A stretch of 64,000 bases of DNA. Origin: Pristiophorus japonicus (lineage: Eukaryota). Below, one piece after another: positions 1-12,641 of this stretch. Every line of letters begins with the position of its first letter. Position 1 is the stretch's first letter. The notes under the pieces are model-generated. The model had not been told where the DNA came from, ran no database searches, and saw nothing but the letters and a program-made list of their open reading frames with translations. The position numbers and the translations under genes are program-made. The DNA is taken from NCBI RefSeq assembly GCF_044704955.1, contig NC_091992.1, positions 53,196,001-53,260,000 of the forward strand, given 5' to 3'.

Positions 1-850
1 AATCAAGTAGTGTTGCTTTCCTTATCAAACCAGAAAGATATGGATTTAGAGAGCAGTCCTGGATGCATTCTAAAAAGCATTCCCCACTCCCTTTTCCCCT
101 TCCTATTGTTCATAAAAATGTTCGAACCAGAAATATTAACCTCCCACTCCTGTGCAAAACTAAGCCAGGTCATTTATACCTACTATATTGTACTCTTCCA
201 TAGCTACTAATGCATCTAACTCTCCTATTTTATTTTATATGCATTGTGCATTCAGATGCATATTCACTCAACCCTAACTCAATTCAACAAAAAATGTTTA
301 TCCTAATTTTGAGGTTTTTTTATATCCCTTGTCCCTTCTACAAGTGTTTTTTTTTTCTCTCACTACCTCAAAGCCCCTTTCCTTCCCTTTCTCCTCTGAT
401 ATTCTCTTACTATTTCAGCCAAGTTTTATACTTCTATTCCAACAACTTTATTCATTCTGCTGTTTCTCTCTAGTCTCTCTAATTTCGTGATTATCTTGGA
501 AGATTTACTGGTACTCAAAAATGGCAACCAAAATTTAAAACAAAACCAGGCGGCGGGCAGACCTTGCATTGAAAGCACTATCTCCTACATGGTCTCTGCC
601 TTTAATGTTGTCTTCCTTTTAACTTAATTCAAAAAAATTGTGTTTCAGCCCCACGGTAGCCTTTTTTATTGATATATATATATTCTAATATGGCAACTCT
701 CTTGGAATTTAATCAGAGATATTAATGAATCCTTGGTAATAAATAAAATTAAGTGGATTAATTACTTTATATATTCCTCGTAAATTGGACCTGACATACA
801 TAAAACTTTCTAAAATGGACTTGAATTAGTAACCTGAGATACCTCAATCC

Positions 851-3385
851 CATAGAAACATAGAAATCTACAGCGCAGAAGGAGGCCATTTCGGCCCATC
901 GTGTCCGCGCCGGCCGACAAAGCAACATGGCCCTCGGTCAGCAGCCCTGAAGGTTACATATAAACCTATGAACAATGGTGGAAAGGTAAAGGGCATCCTG
1001 CCCAACCAGTCTGCCTCACACAACTGCGACACCCCCTGCACCACAACCCCACATTCTACAATCTACCCCAACCGAAGCCATGTGATCACCTAGGAGAGGC
1101 AAAAAAACAGATTAAAAAACCCAGGCCAATTGGGGATAAAAATCTAGGAAAATTCCTTTCCGACCCATCCAGGCGATCGAAACTAGTCCAGGAGATCATC
1201 CTGGTCGTATTCGATTCTCTGCAGTGCTTACCATCGTATCTGCGCCAGCCAACAAGAGGTTATCCAGTCTAATCCCACTTACCAGCTCTAGGTCCGTAAC
1301 CCTGCAGTTTATGGCATTTCAAGTGCCCATCCAAGTACCTTTTAAATGTGGTGAGGTTTTCTGCATCCACCACCCTTCCAGGCAGTGAGTTCCAGACCCC
1401 CACAGCCCTCTGCGTGAAGAAGTCTCCCCTCAAATCCCCTCTAAACCTTCCACCAACCATTTTAAAACTATGCCCCCTCGTAATTGACCCTTCCACCAAG
1501 GGAAATAGGCCCTTCCACCCATTATATCCAAACCCCTCAAAATTTTATACACCTCAATGAAGTCTCCTCTCAGCCTTCTCTGTTCCAATGAGAACAAACC
1601 CAGCCTATCCAATCTGTCCTCACAGCTAAGATTCTCCATTCCAAGCAGCATCCTGGTAAAGCTCCTCTGCACCCTCTCTAGCAATCACGTCCTTCCTATA
1701 ATACGGCGACCAGAACTGCACGCAGTACTCCAGCTGTGGCCTAACCAGAGTATTATACAATTTAAGCATAATCTCTCGTATTCTATGCCTCGACCAATAA
1801 AGGCAAGCATTCTGTATGCCTTTTTAACCACTTTATTCACCTGGCCTCCTACTTTCAGAAATCTGTAGACAAGCACTCCAAGGTCCCTTTGTTCATCTAC
1901 ACTTTTAAGTGGCCTACTGTTTAATGCGTATACCCTTTCCTTATTAGCCCTCCCCAAGTGCATTACCTCACACTTCTCCGAATTAAATTCCATTTGGCAC
2001 TGTTCTGCCCACCTGACCAGTAGATTGATATCCTCCTGCAGTCCATGACTTTCCTCTTCATTATCAACCACACAGCCAATTTTAGTGTCATCTGCAAACT
2101 TCTTAATCATATTCCCTATATTCAAATCTAGATTATTGATGTATACCACAAAAAACAAGGGACCCAGTACTGAGCCCTGCGGAGCCCCACTGGAAACATC
2201 CTTCCAGTCACAAAAACATCCATCAACCATTACCCTTTGCTTCCTATCTCTAAGCCAATTTTGGATCCAACTTGCCACTTTGCCCTGAATCCCATGGGCT
2301 TTAACATTCATGACCAGTCTACCATGTGGGACCTTATCAAAAGCTTTGCTAAAGTCCATATACACTACATCATACGCACTACCCTCATCGACCCTTCTGG
2401 TTACCTCCTCAAAAAATTCAATCAGGTTAGTCAAACACGATCTTCCCTTAACAACTCCGTGCTGACTGTCCCGAATTAATTCTTGCCTTTCTAAATGTAG
2501 ATTTATCCTGTCTTTCAGGATTTTTTCCAATAATTTTCCCACCACTGAGGTTAGGCTGACAGGCCTGAAATTACTCAACCTATCCCTTTCTCCCTTCTTA
2601 AACAAGGGTACCACATTAGCAGTCCTCCGGCACCATGTCCAAATCCAAAGAGGACTGGAAAATGATGGTCAAGGCCTCTGCTATTTCCTCTTTTACTTCG
2701 CTCAACAGCCTGGGATGCATTTCATCTGGGCCTGGGGACTTGTCTACTTTCAAAGCTGCTAAACTTCTTAATACCTCCTCTCTCACTATGTTTATTTCAT
2801 CCAGAATTTCACAATCGTCCTCGATAGCAGTATCTGCGCTGCCCCTTTCCTTTGTGAAAACAGACGCAAAGTATTCATTAAGAACCATACCAACATCTTC
2901 CGCCTCCACACAAAGATTACCCTCATGGTCTCTAATAGGCCCTACCCTTTCTTTAGTTATCCTCTTGCTCTTAATATATTTATAGAATATCTTTGCATTT
3001 TCCTTAATTTTACTTGCCAAGAATTTTTCATGCTCTCTCTTTGCATTCCTAATATCCTTTTTAATTTTACCTCTGCACTTTCTATATTCCTCCAAAGATT
3101 CTACAGTATTTAGCCGTCGGCTAAATGACATAAGCTTCCCTATTTTCTTTATCATCCCCTGTAAGTCCCTAGACATCCAGGGGACTCTAGAATGGTTATT
3201 CCCACCCTTTTTCTTCGGCCTGAGCCGTCCGGATCTCCTCCTTGAATGCCTCCCACTGTTCTGATACCGATTTATCTACAAGTAGTTGTTTCCAGTCCAC
3301 TGTAGTCGAATCACTCCTCAACTTAGCAAAGTTAGCTTTTCCCCAATTTGGGACTTTTATTCCTGGTCCTTATCCATAACTAACA
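851..3385 (-). mobile_element. CR1-clade LINE, 5'-truncated, decayed ORF2 reverse transcriptase
   Basis: Minus ORFs 2616-3176, 1685-2614, 1430-1684 and 1269-1499 carry CR1 RT motifs (KSPGPD, RPVSLTSVVGK, DFSKAFDKVPH, PQGSVLGP, KFADDTK). The 3' tail (TTTCTATG)n reads as CATAGAAACATAGAAA at 851-866. The 5' boundary is approximate. Confidence 0.93.
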
Positions 3386-4236
3386 TAGGATCAGCTTACA
3401 TCCTGCTCAGAATATTATTTTGTACCTCCGCAGTATTTGTACAATAAACTTCGTATAAAGTAATAAAAACTCCTATGAATGCTATGCTGGGAAAAGGGGG
3501 ATATGTTTCAAAGTACCCATGTTTTCAGCTGTCTATTTATTTTGTCCACCAAAGTCATATTTCAGTTTTAGCTGTTCTAGTAAAATCATTGACCATGGGT
3601 TTTTAATTGCAAAATCTACTTTGAATGCTTGATTACCTGTTGTGAACACTAGAAGATGTAGTTCTTCTCCCAACAAAGTTTTGTGGACTGATAGTTTTTA
3701 CTGACGGCAAGATTCCCTATCTAGCTAGCCTGCTGCCTCAATGGGAATTTACCCCATCACCTCCCTTATTATCACTTTAGCATAGTGGCTATCACTGTAG
3801 ATGAGAAGAGAGAATGAATTAACATTAATGTATGCTTTGAGAACATTACCTGTTGGACAGTGGGTGTGAGGAAAGACCTAGATAATTGTCATGGCCCTTG
3901 TTTGGCATCAGGGTTTAGAATTTCCACCTACTGACTGACTCTAGTCTCTCCTTCTTAAAGGGTCATTGCTTCTGTGAGTTTCTTCCATTTACGGATGACT
4001 TTCTTTGTGTGGAGTTGAATATAAAAAACATATAAAGATTCAACTGAAGCTACTTATTTTAATATTGGAATCATAACAGAGCAGATCAGCCAGCAATACA
4101 ATATACTGTAGTTGTTCACAAAATAACAGTAACAGAGGGGCCGAAACTAACTGTTGAAATAGATATGTCTTGGGATGCCTCATTCTCACTTGCATCATTT
4201 CAGATTATAATGTTTTAATTTATTTTCTTTAACCAG

Positions 4237-4309
4237 CTGGATCCTATGATAACACCATCGTCTTATGGGATATTGGTGTTCCAGATTGTGATTATAACTT
4301 CAGGGTGAG
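4237..4309 (+). CDS. LRWD1: LRWD1 (ORCA) internal coding exon, WD40 region: xGSYDNTIVLWDIGVPDCDYNFRV(S)
   Basis: Acceptor tttctttaaccAG and donor GAG|GTAAAT; 73 nt, phase 1 to 2. The peptide resembles recalled human LRWD1 TASYDKRIILWDIGVPNQDYEFQAS. Confidence 0.9.
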
Positions 4310-5748
4310 GTAAATTATGTGCAGACTTACTAAGTAAATAGAAACAGTCTTTTTAAACTTAACTCCATCTATTCATCCATTGCAATTTCAAAGGGGCACT
4401 CAATCTTTTGATTTGAGGATGGAACAGAATCATATTTTTCATCAAATAAGGGACACAACGATGTGTTTAGAAGCTTTTATCATCAACCAGCAGTAAGATT
4501 AAGCTTAGATGACCTTTCCATGGATTTTTGTTTTAGTATTTTGATGATCATTTTGCAATTATAGGAAAATCTACAACTATTATGCTGCAGGGAGGGTTCA
4601 AGCTGTAAGCCACCCACACTTGACAAAACTGGGAGGAAGTGAGTGGGGCGGGCTATCAGCCAAAGCAATCCAAGGCAGAAATTAGCCAGCAGGGTGACCA
4701 CTGTGTGCCACCTGTAGGAGCGGCTGTCAGAGTTTTGAGCAGGGACCGGTCTCATCTTTCTCAAAGGACTCACTCCATAGCCAGCAACAGATCAGGTGGG
4801 AATTTGGAGGAAGCTGTGTTCCAGTGATGGCCCAAATCCAGCCGTGGCACATCCGACTGACCTAACGGGGACCAGCAGCGAGGGAGGGAAAAATGACAAT
4901 AACCAATATATATATTATATAAAAATTTTAATAAATAGTAAATATACAACATATAATGTGTTGATATAAAATACAATAACTGGTAGCAGTGTTTTTTGGG
5001 CTCCAGCAGACATGGGAGGCCAGGCCAACAATAGACTTGAGAAAAATATTACCTGGAAGGGGGAAATCTAAATAAAGGTTAACAGCTAAATGCATTTAAT
5101 ATTTTTGAAACACATAACTAAAAGAAACTAACATAGCACCCCTTTGGAACCGAGGGAAATGTATTGCTCCATAGTGTCACTCTGGCCAAAGCTTACAACT
5201 TCATGCAGTATTTTGCCACATTTACTCTCATTGTAAAATACAGACATTGCATAACAGATAGAGCCATGACAGCTTTAACATTCAAAATACCTGTCACGGT
5301 GCCACCTATATATTAAAGGTAAATGTGGACAATTTTGTAATAAGATTTACCATAGAAAGAGCTTGTGATGGGACTGTTCAAGGCATTTTGAAATGGAATG
5401 CCATGCCCCAGTACCAAATTTAATCGATCTGAAGCACTTTGGGACCTCATGACAGACTTGATTAGGTGCTATAAATGTTTTCTTTCATTATGAATGTATT
5501 TAGATTTCTTGCATCTATGTTATTGATCTGATTACATATGTTAAACATAATTTCTAATATACGGGTGATATAATTATAGAAGGAATGAACTGTATATATA
5601 TTATACAACATTGGTATTGAATAGTGAAGCATACTTAAACACTAATTGGTGGGCTACCGAGCCAAGTTCTAGAAGAGAGATTATATTTTTCTTGGGGAGA
5701 ATAGAGACTTGTAACTACTCTTAACTAAATCAAACACTCTTTCAATAG

Positions 5749-5889
5749 TCAGTTGCTGGTTTTGAACGTTTGCTCAACCCCTTTGAAGATGAGTCTTGTC
5801 CCAACCTGCCCCAATCAATACCTTGTGGCTGCTTGTGAAGGAGGCTGTTTTGCCTGGGACATCACACTAACAAAACATGAGGGCAAAAG
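5749..5889 (+). CDS. LRWD1: LRWD1 coding exon: QLLVLNVCSTPLKMSLVPTCPNQYLVAACEGGCFAWDITLTKHEGK(R)
   Basis: Acceptor ttcaatAG and donor AAG|GTGAGC; 141 nt, phase-compatible with both neighbours. Resembles human QLLTLDTTSIPLRLCPVASCPDARLLAGCEGGCCCWDV. Confidence 0.92.
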
Positions 5890-6679
5890 GTGAGCATTAG
5901 TATTTAATACATTTTTGGCCAGTTTGTGCCTCCCTCCTGAAATTTTTCACCCTTGTTGGGTGCCAGCCACCCTCCCTGTACTTCATTCAAATGCCACCCA
6001 TGAATTCTACAGTCTCCTCCCGTCAATGTCCTAGCATGCACCCTTTGCTTTTCCAGTAATCTGTCTACTGTGTCTTCCCCTCTCCTGCTCCACTCTCAGT
6101 GGCAGATCATTCAGCCACCATACCCTTGCACTCTGCAAATCTCTTATGAAACCTCTCTCTCTGTCTTGCCACTTCTCTCCTGAAAAGCTGCCTCCTGAAA
6201 AGCTGCCTGTTTATTTTGTACGTTTGTTCACCTCCTGTAACTACTCTCCCACATCCTACTTGGTGTCTTGTGATTGCCAATAAAGCACCTTGAGACATTT
6301 GTTATGTAAAAGGCCAAATATAGTTTCAATCCTTGATTTATCATAAAATGTGCATTCCTTTAAACATAAGATAGTGATCATTTGGGAATTCTCGTGTTGC
6401 TATTAAAGGAAATGTCATACTTCTGTTTAATATAAAGAGAACAGCTTTAATATTGGGTTCCCAGCACCGATTCAATTACATTTCAACTGTACAGTAAAAT
6501 TGAGATTTAATGGAAATGTTTTCACTTGAAATGGCCATTAACTGCTTTATGACATTATCATATATTCATATTCATAATATCATTAAATGTTTCTACTAAT
6601 CTTTGCACAACAGTAAATGCAGCTTGTCAATAAAGGGAAAACATTTTTAGTCTGAGCTGAAGCTTTCAGAGTAAGAGGA

Positions 6680-7300
6680 GATTCTGCGGAGGGATGCCAT
6701 AGAGGTCAGGCTGCTGGAGAAGTGCTGCCTGCTCTCCTGCTGGCGCTGGCACTGGCGCACCCCCCATTATGCAGAAGAAGGTAACATACCTCGCTTCGGC
6801 AGATGTTGTGTTGGCGGAGGCTTCTCTCGCCAAAGGAAGCTGCACCAGTATACCTGGTGACATCACTGAAATGTGAATGCTAACCATTTCTGCAAGTCCT
6901 GACAAACCTGCCTGGGAATCAGCAAGAGGACCTCTCTTTTCAGGGTCAGCAGCGAGGCAGATGCCAAGCTGCATCATTTATTGTTAAGACACCTGTGGCA
7001 TGCAAAGCGCTTTGCACATATGCAGGAACAGTAATGGTCAGGTGTGGCCTGAATTTTCACTGCACCTTCTTGCAGTGCTGACTTATGGGATGGTGCTGTG
7101 GAGTAGCTCAGAAGGCAGCTCTCTGCACGAACAGCTCATTCTGCTCCATCTCAACCAGCAGCCACTTACAGGAATCCAGGTTCTGGCTGCACCATTATTT
7201 GTCTGCAGACATGTGCCTATGCCTGGGCCTACTTCTGCATCTGCTGCCCTTTCAGACTTGGAAAGGGTTTCTGATGGGCTTTATTACAGCTATCCAGAAG
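6680..7300 (+). pseudogene. Highly decayed PIF/Harbinger transposase relic in an LRWD1 intron
   Basis: Frame-shifted fragments occur in Harbinger order: YLASAD..RRL..KE, SFQG, FHCTF (about IDCTH), GSSLHEQLI (about GFHSLNVQLV), NPGSG (about YPGSSHD), GFLMG..SYP (about GWLLGDKGYP). They are collinear with the better-preserved copy at 45600-47379. Confidence 0.55.
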
Positions 7301-8395
7301 CTTTCTGAATTTTTGCTCTTTTTTTTCACCCCACTACTTCCAACCTCCCCATCATGACATTCCCATCCTGCCCAATGACATTTTCCTTCAATTGTCCTGT
7401 TAATTTAAGCTTTAACCAAAATCCATTTTTCCTCTCCTACCAGTGATGCCAACCCTCAACCCATCTGAGTTTGAACCTGGAGTTGTGAATAGTTATGCAA
7501 ATGAACAAAAAGGAAATAAAAGGGTTTTGGGAACAGAGCAGGCACATGGGATTAGCACTATTGCTCGTATGAAACACAAATATCAACGTGGACTGGTTGA
7601 GCCAAACAGCCTTCTTCCTTCTTGCATCTTTTATGTAACTTAAACCAGAGAATTGAACGCTATTTGCACTTGAGATTCAGGCAGCTCTTAAAATGCTGTT
7701 AGAGTTGACATCTGAAGATTAAAATTGGCTCCCACTTCAGTTTTACAATCTTCTATCAAAAAGTTTAATCATTTGACATAAATTTCTGATGGTAATGATG
7801 TTCTGGTTATGAACAGGATAACCATTAAGTGTAGTATTTTGTGCAAATGTTACTTTTAAGTTAAGTACTCTTGGCCTTAGTCAGAGTGTCCCATGTTACA
7901 CATTTGCCAAGTGATCAATGTCTAGTAACTTTTTCAACAACTACAATTTATCTAAACTTAAAAAAAATGTTTTATTTGAGATTAAATTTCTCTCCAATTT
8001 CTTTCGTGGGGTGAGAACAGCTGCCTGAGATGTTGAAAGCCAGTCATTGGAAGGCATGCACAAGAGCATCCAGGGGCCAATTTTCCCATCTTATGAGCAA
8101 GTACTTAGCTTTTACTCAATGCTAATATGGAGTGGCTGAGTTTGGGATTCAGCAGTGAAGGAGTAAAATCTGATTGCAAGTACTGCTGGGGCACCAAGAC
8201 TGCTGCACTGTGCCACTTATTTTTACTTTATTAATTCGTAGTTACATTTCCTCACAAGTAGATAGGAATGTTGCACGAGGTACCAGAAATGGCAAATTAC
8301 TGATCTGACGTGGAAATGAAGTGCATCCTTTGTATGCTACTGAGTGCAATGCTTCATTGTGAAATTAACACATGGTTTTCCTCCTGTACTGTTAG

Positions 8396-8499
8396 AAACA
8401 TTGAGATGGAATTTCTGTTCCCAATTTACAATAAAGAAGATGATAATACTGATTATCATATTGTTGATTCGTTGGCCTTCTGCAATAATGACCTTGTAG
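8396..8499 (+). CDS. LRWD1: LRWD1 coding exon: NIEMEFLFPIYNKEDDNTDYHIVDSLAFCNNDLV(A)
   Basis: Acceptor ctgtactgttAG and donor TAG|GTAAGT; 104 nt. Resembles human CEVEFVF...VDGLAFVNEDIVA. Confidence 0.92.
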
Positions 8500-9037
8500 G
8501 TAAGTGTACTAGGATTTGATGGAAATTATAGGAACATTCCACTTGGACCCAATTAAATTTGTGACGAGTTTACCAACTTGAACTGAATATGATGAGGGTT
8601 AGAATGCTGCTTTATCTGTATCCTAAGTTCATTACTCGCCTAATCTGATGGAATTAAAGCTTATTTCCTAAATAAACTGAATTTGGACAGTGTCAGTTTA
8701 TTGTCCAATTTCCTACTTATGCCTCCAGCATAAAGTTACACTTTCTTATACTCGGTAGGGCACAATCATCCTAAAATAAAATGTTATGTAGTTTTGTTTT
8801 TAAAATCTAACTCCAGATGCCAAATGGTGAAGTTGCTGTGTAACCAGTTGTCATTGAGTAGAGATCATTCGTCTTTCTCAGATTGGAACATTCCGGTGCA
8901 TTTTATTAGCAAGAAGGCAGTATAACTCACTCCTAAAATATCAGTTAAAAATTATTTATGTTCTACTTAACTTTAACTAGTGTTTATGTACAGCAGTAAT
9001 TAAACCTTTTAGATTACTGAAACTTGTTTTTATACAG

Positions 9038-9196
9038 CTTCCAAAAGTTCCATGCAAGGCTCAATATACCTATGGAGCTGGAGCCAAACTTTAAAAAGAT
9101 GGAAGAAACAGAATAAGAAGGTGCATGCAGAGATTCTGAGAGAGATGGAGTGGTCCAATGCAGAACAACCTTACATAGCACTTGCTGCTTGTCCAG
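9038..9196 (+). CDS. LRWD1: LRWD1 coding exon: SKSSMQGSIYLWSWSQTLKRWKKQNKKVHAEILREMEWSNAEQPYIALAACP(D)
   Basis: Acceptor ttttatacAG and donor CAG|GTTAGT; 159 nt. Resembles human SKGSGLGTICLWSW...LQWSSTELAYFSLSACPD. Confidence 0.92.
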
Positions 9197-9913
9197 GTTA
9201 GTGCACAAGATACGGATTTATAAGATCCATGTTCTTCTCCAGCAAAAACTATAGTTTCTGTCTCTTCTGCCAGGGTACTCAAAATTGTCTTGTTATGCTG
9301 CAGTAGAACAGTAAGCTGTTTTGAAGGAGTTTTAAGTTTTACTAAAGGACAAGCTGTATTCTACTAAATTATTACACAAACCTAAATAATATTTAATCAC
9401 ATCAAAACATATCAAAATGCTTCACAAAATGTTTTATTCCAAGTACGGTGATTATTATGTAGACAAAATGTTATAGGCAGAGAAGTACATAAGTATCAGG
9501 ATTTGTTGGTGTTCTAGTTGTTCCATATTTACTGTGTTTTAATGGTAACTAGTCTGGTTGGGGGAAGCCACTTTATGAAACTTCTACTATGACATCACGA
9601 ATGAGCTGCAGGCATGACAGTAGAACAGTGTATTCTTGGAGCCCTGTGATGTGTTAAGGTCTTGGATAGAGAAAACTATTCTTTGTAATACATATAAATC
9701 GAATGAGAGATTTTCCTATTTAGTACATGATAGATAGAAGTTGCAGTGCAAATGACCAGAAACCATGGAAGTCTAGCCTAGAGACAACTTTGTCATTAAT
9801 CCTGGGCTGTCTGCAAATGGAATTACGCAGGCATTGGTTCAAGAGTTTTTGTTTACTTCTTTGATTTTTGGATTGTCTATTTAGGGTTGCCTAGGCAATG
9901 GCTTAAAGTCTTA

Positions 9914-12641
9914 GGGCTGGACTTTAGGCTTTTCTGTTTTCAGGGCGAAAACAGAGGTGGAACAGGAAAGTTACCAGCCAGGAATAGCTTGCGCTTTATT
10001 AAAGAATTTACGGCATCTGGGCCCTGCGCCAGGGCGCGAAGGGAGACATTGTACAACTTTTGAGACACAAAATTTGGAAACTCGCGAACTAAAGTGCCGG
10101 GCCTTGTGTGCTCCGAGAGAGGCCTTTGGGGCGCACTTAAAAATAAACCCACAAAAACATTCCCAAAACATTGCCCACACCACCACAACACAAATCACTA
10201 AAAAAAATTAAGAGAACAAACACTCGCACTTACCTTTACATCACTTTACCTTCCTCACCACCGCCGGCATGGCTGGGCCGCTCTGGTTTCCCAGGCAGTC
10301 ATCGCGAGGCGCGATTTCAGGCGTACGGGTTGGGTTCGAGTCAAAACGAGAGGCATTGCACACCCAGTGCAGGTCTTCTCAGCACCACCGCAAAAGCAGA
10401 CAGGAAGATCGCAAAGGGGAGCAGGAGACTTGAACGCTACTTTTCACAGGGCTCTGGGGCGAAACCCGGAGCGGAAACGATAGTCCCGACCTGGACGCCC
10501 GATTTTCGCGCCACAAAGTGCGCCTAAAAAAAACCTTCCAGATTCTCCAGCTCCTCCAGGTCGTTTGCAGCTCGGCGCAGCGCAGCAGGAGCTGTAGGGG
10601 GCAGAGCCAGGTCCCTGCGCTGAAAACAGTGCCGGGATCTCTGCACATGCTCGCTACAGTGGGCGCGCATGTACAGTAGCTCCAGGCGCCCAAAACTGTA
10701 GCACGCAGCCCCTAGCCCTGGCCGAATGGCCTCACTGGGGCTGCGTGAATAAGGCTCCTCCCATGGCCAGCTCCTGCTTCCTCCCGACCCAACTCGACTC
10801 CCGCTTCCCGCTTCCCGCCTCCGGACCCGACACCGACCCGACTCCCGCTCCTGGACCCGACACCGACCCAACTCCCGCTTCCCCCTGACCCCCCGCCTCT
10901 GGACCGGACCCGACACCGACCCGACTCCCGCTTCCCGCCCCCCGCCTCTAGACCGGACCCGACACCAACCCGACTCCCGCTTCCCCCGACACCGACCCGA
11001 CTCCTGCTTCCCGCCTCTGGACCGGACCCGACACCGACCCGACTCCCGCTTCCCCCCTACCCCTGGACCGGACCCGACCCCGACACCGACCCGACTCCCG
11101 CTTTCCCCCCGCCCCTGGACCCGACCCGACTCCCTTCACCCCCCCCCCCCCCCCCCCCCCCCCGCTTCCGGACCGGACCCGACACCGACCCGATTCCCGC
11201 CCCCCGCCTCTGGACCGGACCCGACACCGACCCGACTCCCGCTTCCCCCCCACCCCTGGACTGGACCCGACACCGACCCGACTCCCACTTTCCCCCCGCC
11301 CCCGGACCCGACTCGACCCGACTCCCCTCCCCCCCCTGCCTCCGCACCGGACCCGACACCGACCCGACTCCCGCGTTCCCCCCCCCCCCATTCAGCCTCC
11401 CTCCCCCTTCTCCTTTCCCCCCCTTCTCCTTTCCCCCCGCACCCCCATCTCCTTCCCCCCCCCCATCTCCTTTCCCACCCCCATCTCCTTTCCCACCCCC
11501 ATCTCCTTTCCCACCCCCATCTCCTTTCCCACCCCCATCTCCTTTCCCACCCCCATCTCCTTTCCCACCCCATCTCCTTTCCCACCCCCATCATCTCCTT
11601 TCCCACCCCCATCTCCTTTCCCACCCCCATCATCTCCTTTCCCACCCCCCCATCTCCTTCCCCCCCCCATCTCCTTCCCCCCCCCCATCTCCTTCCCCCC
11701 CCCATCTCCTTCCCCCCCCCCATCTCCTTCCCCCCCCCCATCTCCTTCCCCCCCCCCATCTCCTTCCCCCCCCCATCTCCTTCCCCCCCCCCATCTCCTT
11801 CCCCCCCCATCTCCTTCCCCCCCCATCTCCTTCCCCCCCCATCTCCTTCCCCCCCCATCTCCTTTCTCCCACCCCCCTCCCTCCCCATCTCCTTTCCCCC
11901 CTCCCTCTCCTTCTCCCCAATTACTCCCCCTTCTCCCCCATCCCTCCCCCTTCCCTCCCTCTGCTCTCTCCCTCTACCCCCCCTCCTCCCTCTCCCCTCG
12001 CTGTCAGAAACACAGACACTGACAGACAGAGCATGAGAGACACACACAGACAAACAGACAGAGAGATAGAGACACTGACAAAGACACACTGGGGGGGGGG
12101 GGGGGCATCCCAGCACGCTGTTGGAGGGCTCCCGGTGCTGCAGTCGGTAAGTAGAAAATGTTTTATTTATTGATTTTTTTTTTAAATTATTTTTTATTCA
12201 TTTTTTTGATTGATTTATTGGTTGATTTATTGATGTTTTTATCATTTATTATTGATGATGGCTCTTTATTTGTAAAACTGAAGTGTTTAATGTTTGTAAA
12301 CTTCCCTTTAAAACCCCCCACCCCCCATTCCCTACGCCTGATTTGTAACCTACGCCTGATTTTCTAAAGTGTAGACAAGGTTTTTTCGAGCGTACAAAAA
12401 TCTTCACTTACTCCATTCTAAGTTATTTTGGAGTAAGTTTTCACTGACGAAACTTTGAAAACAGGCGTAAGTGGCCGGACACGCCCCCTTTTGGAAAAAA
12501 AAATTCTGTTCCAAAGTGAAACTGTTCTAACTGACTAGAACTGGAGCAAACTAAATGGCGAGAATTACGATTTCTAAGATACTCCGTTCTACATCAGTTG
12601 CTCCTAAAAATCAGGAGCAAATCATGTCGAAACTTGGGGCC
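9914..12641. mobile_element. Composite GC-rich non-autonomous DNA transposon (Harbinger-type MITE pieces) with internal C-rich repeats
   Basis: Starts TTA|GGGCTGGACTTT, like the TIR of the 24832 and 54252 MITEs, and shares their internal AAAACATTCCC...CACTTACCT segment. It ends with a different terminus (GAAACTTGGGGCC) abutting a CR1 fragment. Confidence 0.7.
10770..12000. repeat. C-rich tandem/low-complexity array: (CCGGACCCGACACCGACCCGACTCCCGCTTCCC)n then (CATCTCCTTCCCCCCC / CATCTCCTTTCCCACCCC)n
   Basis: Units are directly visible: ~35-45 bp from about 10780 to 11390 and ~16-20 bp from about 11440 to 11870. The C/G strand skew is extreme. Confidence 0.95.

Noticed and set aside
10524-12116. 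Long Gly/Arg-rich minus-strand ORFs (up to 326 aa)
   Set aside because: They are open in several frames only because the G-rich repeats lack stop codons; there is no domain or splice support.
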